A stretch of DNA of 64,000 nt from Candidatus Ozemobacteraceae bacterium (GTDB lineage: Bacteria; Muiribacteriota; Ozemobacteria; Ozemobacterales; Ozemobacteraceae): the NCBI GenBank assembly GCA_965140445.1, contig OZ223236.1, forward strand, positions 2,368,001 to 2,432,000, read 5' to 3'. The stretch's first letter is position 1; each line of letters begins with the position of its first letter. Under the pieces are notes generated by a model. The model did no database searches. It was not told the DNA's origin and was given only the letters and a program-made list of their open reading frames with translations. The position numbers were made by a program, and so were the translations under genes. Shown piece by piece: positions 57,300 to 64,000 of the stretch.

Positions 57300-58691
57300 A
57301 TGTTTTGTTTCAGATGCGGTAAAAAATTGCCACCAAGGGGCGTTTCATGTCCAGATTGTAATACCCCACAAAAAAGAAGAAAACGCTACAGGAACAGAAT
57401 GATTTTGGGACTTTTTATATTTCTGGCCGGAGCATTGGTCGGAAGTATTTTTGATTCTTTGATATTTAAGGGGCGGGTTCTGGAACATACCTTTTTCAAT
57501 GTGTTTAATGAAAGCTCCAATACAACAGCTTCTGAAACTCCTGTGATGGAGGAAGTGGGCCCTGAGATGCCTGATGAGTCTACTCCTCAAATTGCAAACC
57601 CAAGCCAGTTGGCGATGCAACAAAACAATGATTCGAGCAATCAGGAATCTTCAGAAGAGTTGACCAAAATTGAAGCTTCTACCGCTAATGAAAATATAGT
57701 TGCGTCAGCTACAGAAGAGCAAAAAAATGAAACTGAAACTGAAATAGCTGCTTCGGCTTCCTCGATGGTTGAAACGGAAACAATGCAAATCGGCAGCGAC
57801 ACAGAAGCTTCTATCGCAGTTAAGGAAAAGGGAGAGCTGGTATTTGACAAGGGATACACTCTGGAAGCAGCTGAAGGTAGTAATTACCATGGATTTGTAT
57901 CTGAAGATGGAAAAGAAGTGGTTTTTGCTTCAAATCGTTACGAAGTTAATGGAAAGAAAAAATACCAATGCATGGTGAAATCCTTTAATCCTGCTGCTAA
58001 GGCCGAAAAGTTGTTTGATTGGCCTGGAAATATATGGACCCCTGAATTCACTCCAGATAGATCAAAAGTCATTTTTTCCAGCGATAGTACGAAATTTGAA
58101 CATATTTTTGTATACAACCGCAAAACAGGGAAAATCGAGAAAATTACATCTGGAACAACCAAGAATATGATGCCGTCAATTTCTCCTGATGGCACTTTGG
58201 TGGCTTTTGTTTCAAACCAAAAAGGCGCTAATAATATTTGGATTTCAGGCCTCGATGGCAAAAACCTTATCCAGATTTCTTCTGGAAAGTATGATGACAG
58301 AGAGCCCAGGTGGTGGCCTGATGGACGCTCCATTGTTTTTACACGTATTTATGAGCACTTAAAAAAATCTTCTATTGTCAGGGTTGAACTTGAACCTCTT
58401 GGAAGTCCAGTAGAATTGATAAAATCGGATAGCAGAAACTGGCTGGCAGATGTTTCTCCAGATGGCAGCAAAATGGCTTTTATCCGCTCTGAATCAAGCG
58501 ATGGAAGCAAGAACACTATTTTTATCTATGATGTGAAAAGTTCAAAATCTATAGCAATAAAACCTATTGGGCCTGCTGAGTATTTTAGACCTATCTGGCT
58601 TAAGCACCAGGATGGGTTGATATTTCATGCAAATAAGAATAAAAAGAAAAGTCTTTATATTGCAGACTTTAAAAGGAAGCCAAAAGGGTGA
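57300..58691 (+). CDS. Zn-ribbon / TM / TolB-like (PD40) beta-propeller protein
   Basis: MFCFRCG...CPDC, one TM, acidic S/T linker, repeated P..SPDG..IAF.S; SD AAGGAG. Confidence 0.82.
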   Translation: MFCFRCGKKLPPRGVSCPDCNTPQKRRKRYRNRMILGLFIFLAGALVGSIFDSLIFKGRVLEHTFFNVFNESSNTTASETPVMEEVGPEMPDESTPQIANPSQLAMQQNNDSSNQESSEELTKIEASTANENIVASATEEQKNETETEIAASASSMVETETMQIGSDTEASIAVKEKGELVFDKGYTLEAAEGSNYHGFVSEDGKEVVFASNRYEVNGKKKYQCMVKSFNPAAKAEKLFDWPGNIWTPEFTPDRSKVIFSSDSTKFEHIFVYNRKTGKIEKITSGTTKNMMPSISPDGTLVAFVSNQKGANNIWISGLDGKNLIQISSGKYDDREPRWWPDGRSIVFTRIYEHLKKSSIVRVELEPLGSPVELIKSDSRNWLADVSPDGSKMAFIRSESSDGSKNTIFIYDVKSSKSIAIKPIGPAEYFRPIWLKHQDGLIFHANKNKKKSLYIADFKRKPKG

Positions 58692-59527
58692 TAAATGAAG
58701 TTTTTACTTCAATTTCAGTTCTGCTTTTTGCGCCTGTTTGTTTCTATTTTGCGCTGAAAAAAGAGCTGCTTGATTCTGACCTCAAAAAGGCAGTCTTCTC
58801 TGGAATGTTCGTTGGTCTTGCCGGAGTTGCTCTTGTTAAGCTCATTTATACGCCTGTTGAGTGGTATCTTGGAACTTCACTAAGAGAGTTTTTAAGTGAT
58901 TCAAGGTCCTGGCAAATGTCTTTAGCGGCAGCCATTTTTGTTGTTGGATTGATTGAAGAAGGTGTAAAAACATTGGTTGCCCTTGTCGCAGCGAATCAGA
59001 TCGCAAAAATGAAGCGACCATGTATTGTTTTCTTGATATTTGCCGGCACCGCAATTGGCTTCTCTTCATTTGAAAATTTACAGTATTATATGGAATTTGG
59101 CTTAAACAACGCAATTCAAAGATTGATAATTTGTCCAACAGCACATCTTTTTTTCTCATGTATCAGTGGATTTATAATTGCTGGGGCTTTTCTTAGAAAG
59201 AAATCCGATTCTACTGTCGCGATTAGGATATTTGGGGCGGTTTTACTGGCTGCTATCGCCCATGGAATCTATGATTTTGTTCTTCCAAGGCTTCCTCTTG
59301 ATGTTGCTATTAGTTTTTTGATTTGTTTTACTTCGTTTGCTTTTTTCTGTATTTACGAATTATGGATTAAAGTTTTAAAAATGGATTTACCCAGGGAAGA
59401 CAATTTGTGTATTTGTGCAGGGTGTGGGGCTTTTTCAGTTGGGAAAGCCAGATATTGCAATTTTTGTGGGAATCGCGTGCTTGCAAGCTTTATGGATATA
59501 AAGCTTAAACCTTTAGACACAGAGTAA
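58688..59527 (+). CDS. PrsW-family intramembrane metalloprotease with C-terminal Zn ribbon
   Basis: IEEGVK, GFSSFEN, AHLFF, AHGIYD; CAGC...YCNFCG; GTGA overlap with the upstream gene. Confidence 0.85.
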   Translation: MINEVFTSISVLLFAPVCFYFALKKELLDSDLKKAVFSGMFVGLAGVALVKLIYTPVEWYLGTSLREFLSDSRSWQMSLAAAIFVVGLIEEGVKTLVALVAANQIAKMKRPCIVFLIFAGTAIGFSSFENLQYYMEFGLNNAIQRLIICPTAHLFFSCISGFIIAGAFLRKKSDSTVAIRIFGAVLLAAIAHGIYDFVLPRLPLDVAISFLICFTSFAFFCIYELWIKVLKMDLPREDNLCICAGCGAFSVGKARYCNFCGNRVLASFMDIKLKPLDTE

Positions 59528-59530
59528 AAA

Positions 59531-60805
59531 ATGGCAAAAACTTATCAAGTGCAACCAGAGACCAAAAAAGTATTAATTCTAGCCTTGCAGGTTCAAGAGG
59601 ACTCAGGCGAAGAAGTTCTAAGCTCAATTGAAGAGCTTAAAGAGCTTTTAAAAACAGCCGGCTATAAAGATGTTGGAACAATGGTTCAAAAACGAACCAA
59701 AGAATCCAGGGCTTTTTATTTTGGCACCGGAAAAGTCGAAGAAGCCAGGCTGCTTGCTGAGGAACTCGAAGTTGACCTTATTGCAGTCGATGATGAATTG
59801 ACTCCTATACAAAAGAAGTGTCTGGAGAGGGACACTGGTTTTTCTGTTGTGGATAGAACTTCTATCATACTTGAAATCTTTGCAAAACACGCTTCTACAA
59901 GGGAAGGTAAATTACAGGTAGAATTGGCAAGAACTCAGTATAACCTTATTCATCTTGCTGGAAACTATTCTGGAATGTCCAGGCAGGGTGGGGGAATTGG
60001 TGCAAAAGGCACTGGAGAAACCCAGATAGAAAGTGATCGTCGGGCCATAAAATTGAAGCTTAAAAAGCTTCGTGAAGAACTCGAAAAAGTGGTTCAGGAT
60101 AGAGAAACACAAGGCAAAAAAAGGAATGAAAGATATATCCCTCTATTTTCACTGGTTGGATACACAAATGCCGGAAAATCAACACTTTTAAATAGAATTG
60201 CCGGAAGCAAGGTAGATATTTGTGACGGAGTGTTTACAACTCTTGATCCAACAGCCAGAAAAGTTGAATTAAAGAGTGGCAGGTGGTGTGTTTTTTCAGA
60301 CACTGTAGGCTTCATTCGAAAGTTGCCACACGGCTTGGTTAAGGCATTTAGAGCCACTCTAGAGAGTGTTGTTCAATCTGAAGTTCTCCTGATTGTCTGC
60401 GATGTTTCTGACAAAGAATTCAAATCAAAACTCGCTTCTGTTGAAGAGGTTCTTGGCAAAATTGGTGCAAAAGATCACGAAAGAATTTATGTTTTTAATA
60501 AGATTGATAAGGGGTTGTGTTTGCCTGAAGTTGAACTGCAGACCCTTTATCCTAATTCGATCTTTATATCTGCTGCTAAAGGAGATTATATTGATGATTT
60601 TTTACAGAAAATCGACTCAGTTATTGCTCGCAGGTATAGAAAATTGCAAATTGAGATTCCTAGTAACTCTCAGTTGGTAAAAGAGGTTATGGGCATTGGC
60701 ATCGTTTTATCACAGGAGTGGGGACACGGAAAAGTTAAAATTGTTGCAGAGGTTCCTGAAAAACTTGTAGCCAGGCTAAAGGATTACATTATTGATGAAG
60801 GTTGA
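59531..60805 (+). CDS. hflX: GTPase HflX
   Basis: GTGKVEE, EGKLQVELA, GETQIE.DRR, GYTNAGKSTL, TLDPT, DTVGFI, NKID. Confidence 0.95.
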   Translation: MAKTYQVQPETKKVLILALQVQEDSGEEVLSSIEELKELLKTAGYKDVGTMVQKRTKESRAFYFGTGKVEEARLLAEELEVDLIAVDDELTPIQKKCLERDTGFSVVDRTSIILEIFAKHASTREGKLQVELARTQYNLIHLAGNYSGMSRQGGGIGAKGTGETQIESDRRAIKLKLKKLREELEKVVQDRETQGKKRNERYIPLFSLVGYTNAGKSTLLNRIAGSKVDICDGVFTTLDPTARKVELKSGRWCVFSDTVGFIRKLPHGLVKAFRATLESVVQSEVLLIVCDVSDKEFKSKLASVEEVLGKIGAKDHERIYVFNKIDKGLCLPEVELQTLYPNSIFISAAKGDYIDDFLQKIDSVIARRYRKLQIEIPSNSQLVKEVMGIGIVLSQEWGHGKVKIVAEVPEKLVARLKDYIIDEG

Positions 60806-61490
60806 TCGAAAAGCTGTTTTCTTTCTAATTGCGTTTGTTTTCTTTTCTTATGTTGGGGAATTGTTCGCAGAAGATTGGAAAGCTTTTAGAATAAATGCTC
60901 AGTATAGGGGAGCTGTAAAAAAGAGTTTTTCAAATATTGGGTGTGCGCTCGCATGGTTCTGTGACCTTGCTGACGGTAATACTCAGATTATCACCCATGT
61001 TTGCGCAAAAGATCCTGACAAGAGAGGGAAATTTTACGCCTTTAAGCTAAATCTGGTTGTTAACTGCACTAAAGATCAGGTCAGGATTGTAAATAGAATT
61101 TACTCAAATTTTGAGGGCGTAAATCCAAGATTTCACGATGAAATAGAGCAGTTGATGGCTATCTGGTGTTCAATAAGAAAATTTTCTTCAGGTTATCAAG
61201 ATAATAGCCGTGAATTATTTTCCGAGCAAACTAAAGCAATTCTTGTGGATAAGATCCACCGGAATAAAAGAAAAGAGGTTAACCTACGATGGGAAAAAAA
61301 TCGCGGGGTTAGCGGAAAGTTCTTTTACACCTATAAGCCCTTTCCAATGCTGGAAAAATTTAGAATCAGAAACAGAAAAATCTCAATTTCTTTTGTAACC
61401 TCTTCAATGAAAGAGGTGGTTGAGAAGTTTTCTACTCAACCACCATTTAGAGAATTTGTATTTGAAAAAAATATTACCCCAAATCCTTAG
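60795..61490 (+). CDS. Hypothetical exported protein
   Basis: Signal-peptide-like N-terminus; overlaps the hflX stop. Confidence 0.65.
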   Translation: MKVDRKAVFFLIAFVFFSYVGELFAEDWKAFRINAQYRGAVKKSFSNIGCALAWFCDLADGNTQIITHVCAKDPDKRGKFYAFKLNLVVNCTKDQVRIVNRIYSNFEGVNPRFHDEIEQLMAIWCSIRKFSSGYQDNSRELFSEQTKAILVDKIHRNKRKEVNLRWEKNRGVSGKFFYTYKPFPMLEKFRIRNRKISISFVTSSMKEVVEKFSTQPPFREFVFEKNITPNP

Positions 61491-61502
61491 GGCTGTTTTT
61501 TT

Positions 61503-62432
61503 CTAAAATCTTAAATTATCTTCGCGTGTCCATCCTGTCTTTTTGCCATTGTTGAAGATTATTTCAAACCATTGCCATTTTTCTTTTTGTTCAACTGACT
61601 TTATTTGCACAATCACGCCTTTGGGTAACTGACCAACTTTTGCCGATTTTACATTTGGCTGGCTTCTTATATTTGCTACAGGATCAGCGATAATTTTTCC
61701 CTGTTCAGGGAGTTTGTCGCCTTTTTTATAGCCTTTAACTGTATTTACTACAGGTGCTGGTTTTGCAATTGCCACGGCTACTTTGTTTTCTTTCAATAGT
61801 TGTTTAACTGAAGCCGACTGAACCTTTTTGTTGCTCAAATCTTCAATGTCAGCGGTTTTCTTTACCAAAGATAAAAGCACGTTTGCAGGCCCAACTACTA
61901 ATAAGTCATCCCTTACCCAACCAATTTTCCTGTTAAAATCCCACTTAATTTTAGTCCATCCGTTTTTTTGCTCAAGGACAGTTCCTCTGGTGCCTTTCGC
62001 GACTTTAAACAGACGTTTGGAGCTGGTTGTAAATTCCTTTCTAACATTGATTCCATTGCCTTTGGCATATGCATACCATTTTGGTCCGGCTGGATCAAAC
62101 TTTTGTCTTGCTGGTTCGGAATCATTTTTTGTGGCTATCTTCAGGCTATCTACTGGTTCAGTTGATGAATTCACAGATGTTGTGGCAACTGGGATAGGAG
62201 AAATGGCTGGTTTAATATCTTTATTTAATGAGGAGATATCAGTTGCATCAGATGCCGAATATAAAATTTTTACTCCTGTCTGAGTAGGATTTGAAGCGGA
62301 ACTCGTTGTTGCAGAACCCTGTGGAAGACTATCTGCCTCCATAAGCTTGAACATCTGCTTTCCCATGAAGACTCCCAGCGCAACTACTGAGAGCATGATA
62401 ACGATGACTGAAATAATTTTGACCTTTTTCAA
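61503..62432 (-). CDS. Membrane-anchored protein with two bacterial SH3 domains
   Basis: Two copies of N(V/I)R........(G)....V......W..I.......GW.R.D.L; S/T-rich linker; promoter TTGACA-17-TAAACT. Confidence 0.82.
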   Translation of the reverse strand: MKKVKIISVIVIMLSVVALGVFMGKQMFKLMEADSLPQGSATTSSASNPTQTGVKILYSASDATDISSLNKDIKPAISPIPVATTSVNSSTEPVDSLKIATKNDSEPARQKFDPAGPKWYAYAKGNGINVRKEFTTSSKRLFKVAKGTRGTVLEQKNGWTKIKWDFNRKIGWVRDDLLVVGPANVLLSLVKKTADIEDLSNKKVQSASVKQLLKENKVAVAIAKPAPVVNTVKGYKKGDKLPEQGKIIADPVANIRSQPNVKSAKVGQLPKGVIVQIKSVEQKEKWQWFEIIFNNGKKTGWTREDNLRF

Positions 62433-62561
62433 CTATGCCCCCCAATTCAATTTTTAGTAAATGAAGTTTAGTACGACTGGTTTATCGTGTCAACAGTTGA
62501 AAAATAGTTTTCTTCCGAAACTTCTATCAATGAAAAGTATTTTTCTGGTAAATTTAATCCT

Positions 62562-64000
62562 ATGAGCGATAAGAGCAATAGAAATCAAACAACCATATTT
62601 CTTGTCCTGCAAATCGGATTGTTTATTTTATGTGTTTCTTTTCTTATGTTGGCACAAAAATATGTTGAGCCTCAGGCTTCTATGGATTCAGCTTATTACC
62701 ATATTTTGACTGATCAGCTGGAAAAAGGAAATGGTTTTGTTGAGCCTTTTGTATGGCATCATTTAAACAAATATGATTCCGTTTCTCATCCTGTTGATTA
62801 CTGGATGCCGTTAGGTATTCTTGCTTACTTTATTGCACGCGTCGTTGGAGGCGTTCCAGCCGAAATCGGTTTAAATATTTTTCTTTGGGCACTTTTGTCT
62901 GTTCTGGTTTTTAGGCAGGTAAACAAACTCACCAACAACTTGTTTGCCAGTATTGTTGCCTTTTTTGTTTTTGCATTTGCTGGAAAATTTCTTTTTTATC
63001 TTTTAACAACAGATAATATTGTTTTCTATGCTTTTCTTGGATTTGCATTGATTAGTGCTTTATCAAGGAATGATGATAACCCTTTGTCCACAGGTATTCT
63101 CGCAGGCATGATAACTCTTACGAGAATAGAAGGGATTATTTTTGCCTTTTTTGCTTTTCTTATTGAAGTTTCAAAGACCAAAAAAGCTAAAACAGGTTTG
63201 CTATTTGTAATTGCCTTTGCATTGGTAATCTTGCCATGGGCCGTCAGAAATAAAATTACTCTTGACAGGTGGTGGCCGTCAAACACTAAAGCCCTCTTTC
63301 TAAGGGATTACTCGGAGCTTTTTAGCGAAGAATACCCCGGAACAATTCAGCATTTTCTTGGCTTGGGTGGCAAGGAAATTTTGAAACAAAAGTTTCAAGG
63401 GCTTTGGAACAGTTTGTTGAATTTCGTTGCAGTTCCGGCATTTTTTATATTCTATCCACTTTGGATTCTTGGATTAATACGTATTTGGAAGGGGGCCGGC
63501 AAAGTTTTCAGCTTTTTCATAACCCTCTTCTGGTTGCTGTGCGGGATTCTTTTTACCCACCAGGGAATAAAAGGAACCAGTATGCATATAAGCGCGTTCT
63601 TTTTGCCACACATGGCAATTATTACCGGTGTAGGATTTGATTTTCTGATAAAAGAGAAAAAATTAGGTAAAAAGCTGACTTATTCATTAGGAATTTTGAT
63701 TGTTTTGTGGGCATTGGGCTTCAGCATTGTAAGTGTAAACAAGCTTGGGAAAAGGTATGAAGGCGATAATGGTCCATATAAAAAACTGTTCTCAAAATGT
63801 ACTTTGCCAGAAGATGCTAAAATTGTTTCTGTTTACCCAATTTATGTTTACTATTTGTCTGGGATTCAGGGGGTTATTTCAGTTTTGCCAAAAGGCCCTG
63901 AAAGTCTGGCTAGAAAATTCTCTTGCAACTATATTCTTACAGATAAAAGGGTGAAAATAGAAAAGCTGCCCGATGAAGGCAGCTGGACTGAGATTGCAAG
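62562..64000 (+). CDS. GT-C fold membrane glycosyltransferase (PMT/ArnT-like), truncated at the window edge
   Basis: Manual translation, open to the end of the window: MSDKSNRNQTT...MDSAYY...L.KG.GF...YWMPLG...LTRIEG...LPWAVRN..., many TMs; absent from the ORF track because no stop is reached. Confidence 0.78.
   Translation, partial: MSDKSNRNQTTIFLVLQIGLFILCVSFLMLAQKYVEPQASMDSAYYHILTDQLEKGNGFVEPFVWHHLNKYDSVSHPVDYWMPLGILAYFIARVVGGVPAEIGLNIFLWALLSVLVFRQVNKLTNNLFASIVAFFVFAFAGKFLFYLLTTDNIVFYAFLGFALISALSRNDDNPLSTGILAGMITLTRIEGIIFAFFAFLIEVSKTKKAKTGLLFVIAFALVILPWAVRNKITLDRWWPSNTKALFLRDYSELFSEEYPGTIQHFLGLGGKEILKQKFQGLWNSLLNFVAVPAFFIFYPLWILGLIRIWKGAGKVFSFFITLFWLLCGILFTHQGIKGTSMHISAFFLPHMAIITGVGFDFLIKEKKLGKKLTYSLGILIVLWALGFSIVSVNKLGKRYEGDNGPYKKLFSKCTLPEDAKIVSVYPIYVYYLSGIQGVISVLPKGPESLARKFSCNYILTDKRVKIEKLPDEGSWTEIA

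Overview
AT-rich, gene-dense bacterial chromosome segment (standard code), with no mobile element or CRISPR array visible. The gene content (trimeric [FeFe] hydrogenase, secretin, lipoproteins, BMC vertex protein) suggests a fermentative anaerobic diderm; Ca. Riflebacteria is an unverified impression only. The left part holds metabolic and housekeeping genes: EutN, HAD, pgi, nitrilase plus CoA-transferase III, tRNA-Pro, a Met gamma-lyase-like enzyme, hydCBA with a Rex-type operator, an orphan pilC, topB, rhomboid, LysM and rnhA. The middle has a 2508-aa Ig-repeat/Kelch lipoprotein coupled to a sensor kinase, then a type IV pilus/T2SS-like locus (pilB, pilC, GspG-like pilin, fused PilM-PilN, PilO, PilP-like, lipoprotein, secretin). 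That locus is split by a glycosylation cassette: two GT2s, DUF2304, a membrane GDPD, an LtaS/GacH-like transferase and an archaeal AglB/STT3-type oligosaccharyltransferase divergent from the pilin. Several pilus genes carry sigma28-like promoters, and several genes look leaderless. The right part holds nagZ, a Zn-ribbon/TolB-like gene, prsW-like, hflX, an SH3 protein and a truncated GT-C glycosyltransferase. The best candidate for an undescribed system is the pilus-embedded AglB-type surface-protein glycosylation module. All family calls are from motif recognition by eye; no searches were run.
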